Origin: Octopus bimaculoides
Lineage: Eukaryota
Assembly: GCF_001194135.2 (NCBI RefSeq)
Contig: NC_068992.1
Span: 37,397,881 to 37,442,789 of the forward strand
Length of the DNA stretch: 44,909 bases
Direction: 5' to 3'
Shown: in pieces, positions 11,349-23,606 of the stretch
Layout of the letters: every line of letters begins with the position of its first letter
Numbering within the stretch: position 1 is the first letter of the stretch
Position numbers and translations under genes: made by a program
The notes under the pieces: model-generated
Told to the model about the DNA's origin: nothing
What the model saw: the letters and a program-made list of their open reading frames with translations, nothing else
Database searches by the model: none

Positions 11349-14300
11349 TGTTCTAGTGAGAGTCATTGACACCCCTGGCAGACTGGTGAATGGACTAGCC
11401 AAACTCTTATGAAAAGTAGAGGTTGATAGTAGTCAGAGAGAAAGCATTTTGGTATTCTCACAAAGTACGTCATGTGAACACATTGATTAAACCTCCACTG
11501 TATAATTTATCTACACCAACCTGTGGCAGGATATAAAAGTGGCAATGAGATATTTGAAGCTTGTGTAGGACTCAAACCAAAGAAAAGATTATCTAACATG
11601 GAAGATTTGTTGGCTCACCATGGTACAGTTGTAACAGCAACAACAACAGTTATAACAACAACTACAACAACAATAGCAACAGTTACTGGAAGTAATGTTG
11701 AAGAAGTCTGAAAATACTTCAGGTTCATTCTCATCAGACAGCGTAGCAAATTCAATTGGAGAATTTATTTATAACCCAGAAGTACTACTTTTTCTTCATA
11801 TTTTAGAAGATATGAAGAAATCTTCAAATAAGAATGTAAAAATTAGAATGATGGGAAGCAGGTGCAACTACTTTTAAGAAAGTTATTGCCTGTCGAACAC
11901 AAAAACTACTGTAACTAGATTTTGCTGAAGAAACTAGGTGACATTTGTTTCGATGAAACAGTTAATTTGTTCTTGAGAATTTTCAGTGAAAGAAGTTTCC
12001 TGTTCAATACACATTGGCAATGTTTAAATTTAGTTAAAAAAGATGAAGATTTCACCACCTATGCTGGGATAGTTAACAGAGAGTGTGAAAAATTCAAATT
12101 AAATGAATTAACCCCAGATTTATTCAAAAGCCTAATTCTTGTTCAAGGTTTAACAGTAAGAAAAGACACTGATATATGCTCTCATATATTAACAAAATTA
12201 GAACAAGACCAAAAATTAACTCTGCAGGCAGTGGCTGAAGAATGCCAGAGGATTATAAATTTAAGGCATGATGTGAATAAAATTAAAGAAAAAGATTGCT
12301 CTCAGATACATGCATGTCAACCTGAAATGAATAAGAAAAAAGAAAACTGAATGTCTAGGCAAAATCCATGCTATGGCTTGCATTTTAAAAGTAATTGTCC
12401 TTTTAAAAATCTTAAATGTTTTCATTGTGGAAAAATCAGACTAAAAACTCAAATTGTATAGCAAAACAAAAAAAAGGGGTCAAACAAAACAAATTATAGA
12501 AAGAATGTATTGTTAAAAAAAATCCTATGTGAGGCTCAGAAAAGAAAATTTGTATCCATAAAAATGAATAACGTGAATATCAAGTTACAATTGGATACAG
12601 GCAGTGATATTATGATAATGCAGATACTAGGAGAATAATAGGGAAACCTAGATTAAAGGAAACTTCGAAAATTGAGCAGTATTTCAGGGAAAAAATTGCA
12701 TTTTATGGGTGAAATGATAAGTGATGCTACATTTCATGAAAAAACCTTGAAAGCCAAAGTTTTTGTGTTGAAATATACAACAGATATATTTGGAACAGAC
12801 TGGATGGAACTTATGGGACCTACCCATAAATATTTTTTGTAAGAATGTAAATGGTTCTTCCACCAGTACAAATAAGTAGTCGGAGAATTTTAAAAAAGAA
12901 TTAAAACAAATTTTTCCTGAAGTTTTTTCTGAAGAATTGGGTCTTTGCACTAAAACAGAGGCAAAGTTTCGAGTGAAAAAAAAATGCTATACCAGTATTT
13001 AAACCAAAAAGAATGGTACCTTTCGCACTGTGGAAACAAGTTAACGAAGAATTGGATAAACTTGAAAAGCTTGGAGTTATTGCAAAATTTGATTACACAA
13101 ATTGGGCATCCCCTACAGTTTATGTCAAGAAAAAAATAAAATCTGAGTATGCACTGATTTCTCAACAGGGTTAAATGAATGTTTGATGCTATATAATTAC
13201 TCATCACCAAGTACAGAAGAAATGTTTGCAAAGTTGAATGAAGGAAAAGTTTTTTTCAAAGTTGGACCTATCTGAAGCAGGTAAAAGTCAATGAGGAATG
13301 TTCAAAATTATTAACAATAAATATTCATAAAGGGTTATATAAATTTAATCAACTCCCCTTTGGTAGAAAACTAGCACCTGGCATTTTCCAACAAATTATG
13401 GACATTATGCTCACAGGTTCGGATTTCACTGTAGCTTACTTTGATGACATACTCATAAACAGTAAATCTCGAGGTCAGCATGCTGAGCATGTTAAAAAGG
13501 TCTTTGAAAGAATAAAAGAGTATGGTTTTAAGCTCAGTGAGGAAAAGTGTGAATCTTCTATGCCAAGAATAAGATATCTAAGGCAGATTATTGAGGAAAA
13601 TATGCCTCCACTAATGAACATTACAATATTACAAGCATTTTGGGGGCTTGAAAATTACTACCAGATATACTTATTGAATATGCACGATTTAAGAGCACTC
13701 CTGAATAGCTTGTTGAAAAAGACGTTCAGTGAAATTGATTGGACAAATGCCAAAAAGCCTTTGAAGAAATTAAAAACATCTTAACATTGGAACTGTCATT
13801 ATCACATTTTGACCCAAATTTAGAAATTGTAGTGGCAGCAGATATTAGTGAAAGTGGTATTGGAGCTGTGATTTTACATAAGTATGAAGATGGTAGCCTG
13901 AAAGCAGTAGCTCATGCTCCATGCTCATTATTGCTGACTGAGAAAAGGGACAGCCAAATAGAAAAAGAGGCATTAGCCATCATATTTGCAGTAAAAAAAT
14001 TCCATAAATTTATACATGGAAGAAGGTTCCATCCACAGACAGACCACTGCCCACTATTGTCAATCTATGGAACAAAAAAAGGGTATCCCCACTCATACAG
14101 CCAACAGATTGCAGCACGGGAATGATCCTACTGAATTATGACTTCAAGATGAAGTATTTGCCATCGAAAAATTTGTGACATGCAGATGGTTTGTCGAGAT
14201 TGATACCAAAATACAGTGAACTACTAGAAGACAGTGTGATAGCAGCATTAATAGCCAAAAATGAAATAAAAATCATATTGTGCAATGTTATGTATGAATT

Positions 14301-15555
14301 GCCTGTGACATTGGAGGAAATAAAAATTAAGGCAGAGATGGATGAGTTTATCATAAAAATGAATAAAATAGTGAGATCAGAAGTAACAAGTAAAAGCATA
14401 CATGTGGCTGGATATAACATGATTTCGAATTTGTACTTGATAATGATAATGTGCTTATGTATGCACAGTGGGTTGTAATGCCTACCTCACTACAAAATCG
14501 AATGTTAAAGGAATTCCACACTGGACATCCAGGAATTTCTAGAATGAAGACACTTATGAGGAATTACAATTACTGGCCAAAAATGGATCTAGATATCGAG
14601 AAGTTGGTAAAATGCTGCAGAGGATGTGCTCTTGCAGCAATGTCACCACCTATAAAATTTCAATCTCAGCCCAAAACTGATATTCCATGGTCCAGAACAC
14701 ACATAGAATTCGCAGGACTGTTAAACCGATCATATTATCTAATAATGGTAGATAGCGTTACTAAATGGCCAGAAATGTGTAAATGTAGCAAGCCAACATC
14801 CACGGTAACAGTCAAATTTCTAGATGAACTTTTTCCTAGGTATGGTGTCCCTGATACCATAGCCTCCGATAACGATACACAATTCACGGTGAATGAATTT
14901 AAGCTGCTACCAGTAAGAAAAACAAATAGGGAAAACATTAAAAATATGACAAAGTTTTTTTAATATCAGTGACAAGGTGTTTTTCAAAATATATAAAAAT
15001 GGAAGACAAGGTTGGGAAGACGAAGTAGTAACAAAAAGAATAGGTAAAATGACATATATGATAAGAGGCAAAAAATGGGAATGCAAAAGGCATTTAAACC
15101 AGCTAAAAAATAGATATATGTAAAAAAGAAAAGAGATACCCATGGAAGTGTTCTATGACACATTTGATGCTCCAACGCCACAAGTAATCGAACCTAGTCA
15201 GAGCAGCACAAAAAAGAAAAAACAAACAGAACAATTGGAAGTAGTGCCTAAACAGAAGAAATATTAAACTTCCCAAAGGAAGAAAATCTCAAAAAGGGAG
15301 ATGTGATGAAAATAAGTAAATAAATAAAAATAATATTGATTTCCAATGGAAGTCAATCTCAAAGGGGGAGATGTGGTGAGAGTTACTGACACTCTTGGTG
15401 GATTGGAGAATGGACTAGCTGAACTTTTATAAAAAGTAGAGGTCAGTAGTAGTTGGAGACAAGCATGTTGGTAGTCACATGAAGTATGATGTGTGAACAC
15501 TGATTAAACCTCCGCTGTGTAATTTATCTATACCAACCTGTGGCAGGATATAAAA
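11349..15555 (+). mobile_element. Nested decayed Ty3/Gypsy LTR retrotransposon (inner), inserted in the protease region of the outer element
   Basis: LTRs at 11349-11538 and 15372-15555. TSD GTAAC (11344-11348) / GTAAT (15556-15560). PBS TGGCAATGAG at 11540 and PPT AAAGGGGGAGA at 15361-15371. Contains gag, protease LDTGSD, RT YFDD, RNase H and an integrase with an internal deletion. The outer protease resumes at 15556. Confidence 0.95.
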
Positions 15556-18442
15556 GTAATATTTTGAGGTGAAACGAAAAGGACAATCGTTTGTGTTGAA
15601 AAAGTCACTAAACCTATTTGGCACAGAATGCATGGAGTTATTTAAAGTGTGGGATACCCCCATTAGTGTTCTCTGTGAAAATGTAGTCAGCACGGTAAAA
15701 AGTTTGAAGGAAGTCAAACAACTGAGGCAAAAAATTTTTTGATTGTTTCCAAATGTTTTTCTGGAAGAATTAAGCTGTTGCACTAAAACAGAAGAAAGGA
15801 TCACGGTAAAAGAAAAGCAACACCTGTTTTTAGGCCCAAACGGCATGTGCCATTTGCAGCATTGGACCAGATCAACAAAGAGCTAGAAAGACTAGAAAGT
15901 CTAGCTATAATTGAAAAAGTCAACCATTCAGATTGGGTAGCTCCAACGGTTCACGTAAAGAAAAAAATAATAAACTAAGAGTGTGTGCGGACTTTTCAAC
16001 TGGATTAAATGACTGTTTAGTTGAACTCAGTATCCATTACCAAGCCCAGAAGTGTTCTCAAAACTAAATAGAGGAAAAAATTTTCTCAAAGTTAGACCTC
16101 TTGGAAACCTCTCTACAGATACAGGTAGAGGAAGATTGCACACACCTTTTAACAATTAACATACACCTTGGATTGTATAAATTCAAGCAGCTTCCTTTTG
16201 GAGTAAAAGTGGCGCCTGCCATATTCCAACAAGTGATGGATGCAATGCTAAATGATTGCAGCATTGCTATTGTTTATCTTGATGGTATTTTGATAAAGAG
16301 CAAGTCAGTGGAGCAACACTTCGAACATATTAAGAAAGTATTCAGAAAAATAAATGAATACGGGTTTAGATTAACAGAGGAAAAGTGTGAATTTTTTATG
16401 AAAAAATCAAATATTTGGGTCAAGTAATTGACGAGAGGAGATGAAAGCCAGACCCAACAAGGTGAATGGCAATACAGAATATGCCTCCCCCAATGAACGT
16501 AAAAATTGTTACAAGCATTTTTAGGCTTGGTAAACTACTATCAAGTATATATCCTGAACATACACAACACAGGGGCTCCACAGAACAAGCTGTTAAAAAA
16601 GGATGCCAAATGGTTTTGGTCAGAAAAATGCATCTGAGGACCTAAAAAGCATGTTAACTTCAGACTTGTCGCTTACACACTTCGATCTGAAGTTGGAAAC
16701 TATGCAAGTGAGTACAGGGTAGGTGTCTTATTCTTACACAAATGTGAAGATGGCAGCCAAAAGGCCATAGCTCATGTGCCAAGAACACTATTGCCAGCAG
16801 AAAAAAATTATAGCCAAATGGAAAAAGAGACATTAGCAATTATATCTGGCATAAAAAAGTTCCACAAGTTTATACATGGTAAACGGTTTACACTACAAAC
16901 AAACCATTGCCCATTGCTAACGATTTATGGATCCAAGAAAGGAATCCCAGTACATACATCAAACAGGTAGCAGTGATGGGGCACTATACTACTAAACTCT
17001 GACCATGCAATGGAACATTTACCTTCAAAAAAGCTAGGACATATTGATGACCTATCTAGGTTAATTCCCAGAAATAGGAAACCATTCAAGGACACACTAC
17101 TAGCAGCCCTAAGAGCTGAAGGGGAACTTAAACACATAACGTGGAACATTGGAGGAGAGTTACCAATAACTCTGGAGGAAATAAAGCAACACATGTCAAA
17201 AGATAAGTTCATTAATGAAACAAAAAAACTCGGTGGTCAACTAAAGAAAGCAAAAATAGTTTCAGTAAGAAAAATCAGCAACAGTTAAACATATATTCAA
17301 CATGCGATTGCATACTAATGTATGGCCAAAGGGTAGTGATACTTGAGACTTTACAAAAAAGCATGAAAGAATTCCATATTGGACATCCCAGGATCGCAAG
17401 GATGAAAACACTTATGCACAGTTATGTATATTGGCTGAAGACAGACAAGGAAGTTGAAAACATAGTAAAAGACTGCAGAGGATGTGCTCTGGCAGCAAAA
17501 TTGCCTACTATAAAATGGGAGCCTTGGCCAGACATAAAAAGTTCATGGTCGAGACTACATATCGATTTTGTGGGTTCGTTAAATGGTTATTACTGTTTAG
17601 TAGTAGTGTTTTACAAAATGGTTGGAAATTGTTAAGTGTAAAAGACCAACCTCTGAAACAGCAATAAATTTTTTGCACGAGTTATTTGCAGGATTTCTTG
17701 TCCCAGATGTGATTATATCTGATAATGGAACACAATTTGTGTCCAGTGAATTTTAAAACTTCTGTGAAATGTTCATGGTAGAACATAAAACAATAGCGCC
17801 TTACCAGCCCACATGAAATGGACAGACAGAGCATTTTGTGGACATTTTTAAAAGAGCTTTGAGAAAAGCAAACAAGGAAGTCACAGACAAAGTCACTCTG
17901 CAACAATTCCTAAGGGTATACAGGGTGACACCAAACCCCAATATACCAGTAGGAAGCTCACCAGCAAAACTGATGTTTGCAAGGAAGGTAAAATCAGTTT
18001 TTGATAAACTGTTACCTGGCAAGGAAAGAAAAAGTACCAGGAAAGACAATCCAAAATTTTTCAAAATTGGTAATAAGGTGTACATGAGGTCATATAAAAA
18101 TGGAAAACAGTCCTGGGAAGAAGGCAAAATTACAAAGTACATAGAAAAAATGATGTATGGAATCAAAAGCAGAAAAGATATTGAAAAAAGACACAGAAAC
18201 CAGTTGAAGAAGAGATTCATAGAAAATGAATCAGGCAGATTAGAAGAACCTATGGAATGGCTGTATGACACACTCCAGATACCAACACAGTTACAGATGG
18301 TTTACAGGTGGTTGAACCCACATGTACAGACGCCAAAAAGAAAAAATATGAAGCTAGAAAAAAAATGCTAAAAAGGAAGGAGGGGTGAATAAAGTAAAAT
18401 AAAATTACTTGCTTCCCAAAGAAAAAAAATTACAAGGCGAGA

Positions 18443-18774
18443 TGTTATCGTGAAAATGGTACTCCCCTTCCCACATGACAAAGTGGTGTGACAGCCACTA
18501 TAAAGTCAGACAGTCAGTCGTAGAAGGTCAGTAGTAGTAGAGTCGTTGTACGAGTTCTCAGTTGGAGTCAATGTCAGTTACGTGTTATATATAAGTTCAA
18601 GTTACCGTCAAGGTAAACGTTTCAAAGTCATTGTCATATGGATGTATCAGTGATAGCGCGATAGATGAGTCAAAGATAATAAGACTTGGAATACCGCCAC
18701 AACATAATAGTGGTGACAAGAATATTACAGTGCCAACAATAACATACAAGTGAATGAGGATCCACATTATAACA
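18443..18774 (+). repeat. 3' LTR of outer Gypsy
   Basis: Aligns with 9795-10107. Preceded by the purine-rich AAGGCGAGA and followed by TSD GCTAC. Confidence 0.93.
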
Positions 18775-19045
18775 GCTACTTAAGAGTTTTAACCTCTCAT
18801 TAGAAAAAATATGTTCCATAACACCCTTTTTTGGACAAAATACACTTTTGAAATTATCATGCAATGCTCTCAAGTTGTAGGAGTTAGCAACCAGTTCCAA
18901 TACTTGGGAGGGGGTGTCCCACCAAGAATTTTTCATTTCACACAATTTTTTCTGAGCAATTTTCTTAGAGGTGTATAAGGGTATGAGTGATAGAGGTGTA
19001 TAAAGGTATGAGTTTTTGTCTGAAATCCATGTCTCATGTCTTTCA
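18775..19045 (-). mobile_element. BovB-like RTE LINE remnant, right part
   Basis: AQKKLCEMKNSWWDTPSQVLELVANSYNLRALHDNFKSVFCPKKGV..KLLSS resembles the BovB linker region (KLREMKD.WW...A...N...F...LK..YGP). Confidence 0.7.
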
Positions 19046-19049
19046 AGCA

Positions 19050-19752
19050 TGGTTATTTATCATGTCTGAAAATTACATCTTATAGATGACATCCTCCTTT
19101 CTAGCTGCCTTTGAGGCTCTCCGTTGCTTGCTGCAACAACTCAGTGGGTATACCACGAATTTCGTCTCTAATTCCTTCCTTCACTTCATCCAGCATCCTT
19201 GGCTGTGACATGTAGACCTGACTCTTAGGGTAGCCCCACAAGAAAAAATCACAAACAGACAAATCCAGTGATTTTGGGGACCAGTAAATGTCACTGAATC
19301 TTGAGATGACAGTTACTGAACAAATCTTGCACAGCTGCCATTGATTGCCTTGTGGTGTGCGATGTCACCCCATCCTGTGGAAACCAGACTTTATGAAGTT
19401 GTGGAAAATTTTTCAATGCAGGTGCAACAAAAGATTGCAGCATCTCAACATATCGATCCGAAGTGACAGTCTTTGTTATCCAATCTTCATTTTCAAAAAA
19501 GTAAGATCTGATAACATCATGTGACAAAACTGCACACCATACTGTCACCTTGCTACTGTGTAAAGGGCATTAATGAAGATTTTTAGGGCTGCTGTCTGCC
19601 CAGTAACAATAGTTCTGCTTGTTCACATAACCTGTGATGGGTCTCATCTGACATCCACAGTTTGTCTAGAAATTCATTGTTTCCATTTATGTTTTCCATA
19701 ATTTTTTGACAGGTCTAATCACAATTGGTGATCATTCTCCTTCATTTCTCGC
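19050..19752 (-). mobile_element. Inverted partial copy (3' half) of DD41D transposase element
   Basis: Reverse complement aligns to about 20310-21040 (WMSDE.H, VTVWCAV, PQDGVTSHT, DFFLWGY). It lacks the terminal TIR. Confidence 0.85.
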
Positions 19753-21109
19753 AAAATAGGAATTATTGAAAAACCCAACAAACATAGGAAAAATCCAAAT
19801 ACAGCAAAAAAAACTGATTGACAAATGTTAAATAAAATGGCAACTATTGAAATGCATAGAGGCAACCATGAAGTACTGTACATTTGGCAGCACTGCAATA
19901 CAGTGAGCCTCATGCAGAAACAACCTCGCAATTTAGTAACCATGGATCAGTGGAACAGTCAACAACATGCATTCACCATAAAAATGTTTTACAAAAACGA
20001 CAATACTTTAGAGGGCATGCAGTGTGAATTGTGATGTTATTTCAATTTAGGGTCAAGTTCCCCCAAAACATGTGATAAAAACATAGATTAAAAACTTTGA
20101 AGCGACTGGATCGGCTCTGAAAAATGCCAACAGGACAACCAAGAAGTGCTCGTACTCCACAGAATATTGAGGCCTTACCATTTCAGTATTAAGGAGCCCA
20201 TAGCATTCAACTCATAAGCAAGCAACTGTGGTAAGGTTGTCATGAAAGAGTGTTCACCAAATTCTCCATTTTGACTTAATATTTCATCTGTACAAGCAGC
20301 AGATAGTACAAGAACTGAAGGAGAATAATCGCCAACTGCGATTAGAATTCTGTCAAAGAATTATGGAAAACATAAAGAAAAACAACAAATTACTCGATGA
20401 GCTGTGGATGTCAGCTGAGATCCATTTTCATCTCACAGGTTATGTGAACAAGCAGAACTATTGTTACTGGGCAGAGAGCAACCCTGAAGAACTTCACGAA
20501 TGACTTTTACACAGCAGCAGACAGTTTTGTCACATGATGTCATCAGATCTTACTTTTTTGAAAATGAAGATGGAATAACAACAACTGTCACTTCGGGTCG
20601 GTATGTTGAGATGCTGCAATCTTTTGTTATACCTGCATTGAACAATTTTCCACAACTTCACAAAGACTAGTCTCAACAGGACGGGGTGACATCGCACACC
20701 ACAAGGCAATCAATGGCAGCTGTGTGAGATTTGTCCAGCTACTGTATCATCTCAAGATTCAGTGACATTCACTGGCCCCCAAAATCACTGGAGTTATCCG
20801 TTTATGATTTTTTTCTTGTGGGGCTACCTTAAGAGTCAGGTCTACATGGCTCAACCAAGGACACTGGATGGATTTTAGGAAGGAATTAGAGATGAAATTC
20901 GTGGTATACCCGCTGAGTTGTTGCAACAAGCAACGGAGAGTCTCAATGGCAGATTGGCAGAATGCATGCATAGAGGAGGATACTGTCTATAGGACGTAAT
21001 TTTCAGACATGAATAATTTGGATTACTGATTTTTAAAAGGCAAGTTGTTTCATTTCTGTCAATGGGTTTATCAAAAGTTCCTATCTTTTTTCTTTTCTGT
21101 GTCACCCTG
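19753..21109 (+). mobile_element. IS630-Tc1-mariner transposon, DD41D (rosa/Visitor-type), decayed
   Basis: The ORF remnant starts MDQWNSQQHAFTIKMFYKN. From QQDG to YDFFLWGY I count 41 residues between the 2nd and 3rd Asp. The right end is GTCACCCTG|TA (21110-21111). A partial left TIR (AAAATAGGAATTATTGAAAAACCCA, about 19753-19780) matches the right TIR's reverse complement. Confidence 0.88.
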
Positions 21110-21114
21110 TATTA

Positions 21115-21335
21115 TAATATAGTCTTATAATAGCTAACTTACAAATTGGTTTCATACCAGAGATGGAGAACCAATTCCAGCACTCATCTGAAATGGCTGA
21201 AAAGAACAGTTTAATGTGGGCTCTTTGCCAATGGAAACTTGAAAGTGCTATATCTGGTTTATAGTCCTCAGAGATATAAAAAAAACTAGGCTGAAATTTG
21301 TGAAAGAAATCACCCACATCAAACACAGGATCCTA
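21115..21335 (+). repeat. Unclassified interspersed repeat, copy 1
   Basis: Aligns with the reverse complements of 26190-26410 and 30630-30920 (e.g. TTCATACCAGAGATGGA, GCTCTTTG..TGGA..CTTGAAA.TG, TGAAATTT.TGAAAGA.ATCACCCA). Confidence 0.75.
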
Positions 21336-21344
21336 CCAACACAT

Positions 21345-21571
21345 CCTGCCAAATCTAAGCTAACTCTCTCCCTAAGTAGTTGGGCTATGACTCTGTAACT
21401 TTCATCACCTGATCCAGCAATTTGATACCTCTGTAATTATTTCTATCTAAGGTATCAGCTTTACCTTTGTAGCAGTTGACTACAGTTCTGCTACACCAGT
21501 CATTGGGTATGTCTCCTTTGTGAACCACCTGATTTACAATACAGGTGACTAGACCATAAACCACATCATCC
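21345..21571 (-). mobile_element. Inverted RTE fragment abutting the 5' end of the next RTE copy
   Basis: Minus strand reads YGLVTCIVNQVVHKGDIPNDWCSRTVVNCYKGKADTLDRNNYRGIKLLDQVMKVT. Confidence 0.9.
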
Positions 21572-23606
21572 AAACCTAGGGTAACATGGTGGTGGAACAA
21601 TGTGGTAGACAGGGCCATTAGAGCTAAGAAACAAGCCTGGAAGGCATGGAAGAATAGGGGAAGCAGGGTACTGCATCAGATTACTAGAAGGGGTACAAGG
21701 AAACAAGTATATCTAGCCAAACAAGAAGCAGAAAAGAAGTTTGCCAATGTTCAGTGACATGAGGACAAAAGAACTGAAGTGTTTCAGATTGCAGGACAGT
21801 GTATGAGAGAATATCATGATGTCATAGGAGAGAAATGTGCCCATATGGATGATGGTGCACTTGCATGTAATGATTCTGCAAAGAAAGAGGCTTGGAAATA
21901 TCATTATGAAAGACTGCTGAATGTGGAAAATGAGTGGGAGGAGGAGAGTCTGCCAAATGTTGACTCAATTGAGGGACTGGCTACCCAAATCGACAGTTCC
22001 ATGGTAGATACAGCAATTAAGGATACAAAGACAGGAAAAGCTGCCAGCCCATTAGGAATCTCAACTGAGATGTTTAAGATATCTGGCGGTATGGGTTATG
22101 GTCTAGTCACCAAATTGCTGGATCAAGTGATGAAAGTTACAGATAGAATCATAGCCTAACTAATCAGGGAGATTAGATGAGATGCAGTTTGGTTTTGTGC
22201 CAGGGAGAAGCACTACTGATGCTATATTTCTGGTAAAGCAATTGCAGGAGAAATACCTAGCCAAAGATAAACTGCTATACTTGACCTTTGTTGATGTAGA
22301 GAAAGCCTTTGACAGGGTCCCCCAATCCGTTATCTGGTGGCCAATGTCGAAACTAGGGATAGATGAGTGGTTGGTGAGAGCTGTACAAGCCATGTACAGA
22401 GATGCTACCAGTAAGGTGAGGGTTGGCAAAGAGGGTGGCAAGCTGGCAGAAACATTAGCATGCCAGGCGAAATGCTGTTACATTCTGAGTTCAAAATCCA
22501 TCGAGGTCAACTTTGCCTTTCATCCTTTCAGGGGTTGATTAAATAAGTACCAGTTATGCACTGGAGTCAATGTAATCGACTTAATCCCTTTGTCTGTCCT
22601 TGTTTGTCCCCTCTGTGTTTAGCCCCCTATGGGTAATAAATAAATAAATGAGTACAGTGAATAATTCAGGGTACAAGTAGGAGTTCAGCCCTTAGCCCCC
22701 TCTTGTTCATCATAGTCCTCCAGGCAATAACAGAAGAATTCAAGACAGACTGCCCCTGGGAGTTCCTCTACGCTGATGACCTTGCCCTTATAGCTGAATC
22801 ACTACCTGAACTAGAGAAGTTTCAGGTATGGAAGCAAGGTCTAGAATCAAAGGGCCTTAGAGTTAACCTAGCAAAAACCAAAATCTTAGTAAGTAGGAAG
22901 GCAGACAAATCACAAATCCCTTCAGGTAGATGGCCCTACATAATCTGTAGAAAAGATGTAGGTAGAAACTCTATAAGGTGCACCCAGTGAAAGCTTTGGA
23001 CACATAAAAGGTACAGCAATATCAGGGGAAGGTTAACAGGGAAACTAGCTTTTGTATGCAGAAGATGCACAGGTACAATAAACACTGAAAATGGGCACAA
23101 AATAGACTCCATCAACTGTCAGGGTGGCAAGCTAGAAGTAATAGACAGCTTCTGTTATCTAGGTGACCATGTTAGTAGTGGAGGTGGATGCTCTGAGAGT
23201 GTAGCTGTAAGAATAAGATTAGGATGGGCAAAGTTCAGAGAGTTCCTACCTTTGCTGGCAACAAAGGGCCTCTCTCTCAGAGACCTTCGAACTTTGAGCC
23301 TCAGAGAGGCAATGACTAATGACCGAGCACTTCGGTGATGTGCTGTCCTTGAGAGGGCCTGTCAAGCCAAGTGCATCCAGGATGGTAGCATGTAGAGGAC
23401 ACCTTTTGAGCATTGGGCCTCATAGAGGCAAATTGGCTGAGTTCCTTTTGAATGTTGGGCCTCACAGAGGCAATGACCAAGACCTTTGGAATTATGTCAT
23501 GCTTGAGAAGAAGACCCATCAAGCCAAGTAAAATTGCAGTCATGGCAGATACCGGTGTCATGTAAATTGGCACTCATGCTAGTGGCACGTAAATGCACCC
23601 TGGAGT
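21571..23606 (+). mobile_element. RTE LINE copy with internal deletions and a SINE insertion; lacks the (GAT)n tail
   Basis: Runs KPRVTWWWNN...QFGFVPGRSTTDAIF...YADDLALIAES...KGLSL and then jumps to the ORF end and 3'UTR. There is a 120-bp deletion at 22111/22112. Confidence 0.92.
22429..22648 (+). mobile_element. SINE inserted within the RTE RT domain
   Basis: Splits RTE KVRVG|NEYS. Same family as 8885-9075, with an (AAAT)n tail. Confidence 0.88.

Larger units (their letters stand above)
9795..18774 (+). mobile_element. Full-length decayed Ty3/Gypsy LTR retrotransposon (outer, Mag-like), 5-bp TSD GCTAC
   Basis: Paired LTRs at 9795-10107 and 18443-18774 with TG...CA ends. GCTAC at 9790-9794 and 18775-18779. 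Gag has two CCHC knuckles (about 10990-11090), then protease (LDMGCD) split by the inner element, RT (YLDG, about 16270), RNase H and integrase (GHPRIARMK, SDNGTQF). Many stops and frameshifts. Confidence 0.95.

Noticed and set aside
11625-11690. (ACA)n poly-Thr tract as a separate feature
   Set aside because: It is a low-complexity stretch at the gag N-terminus. The outer element has a shorter equivalent near 10340.
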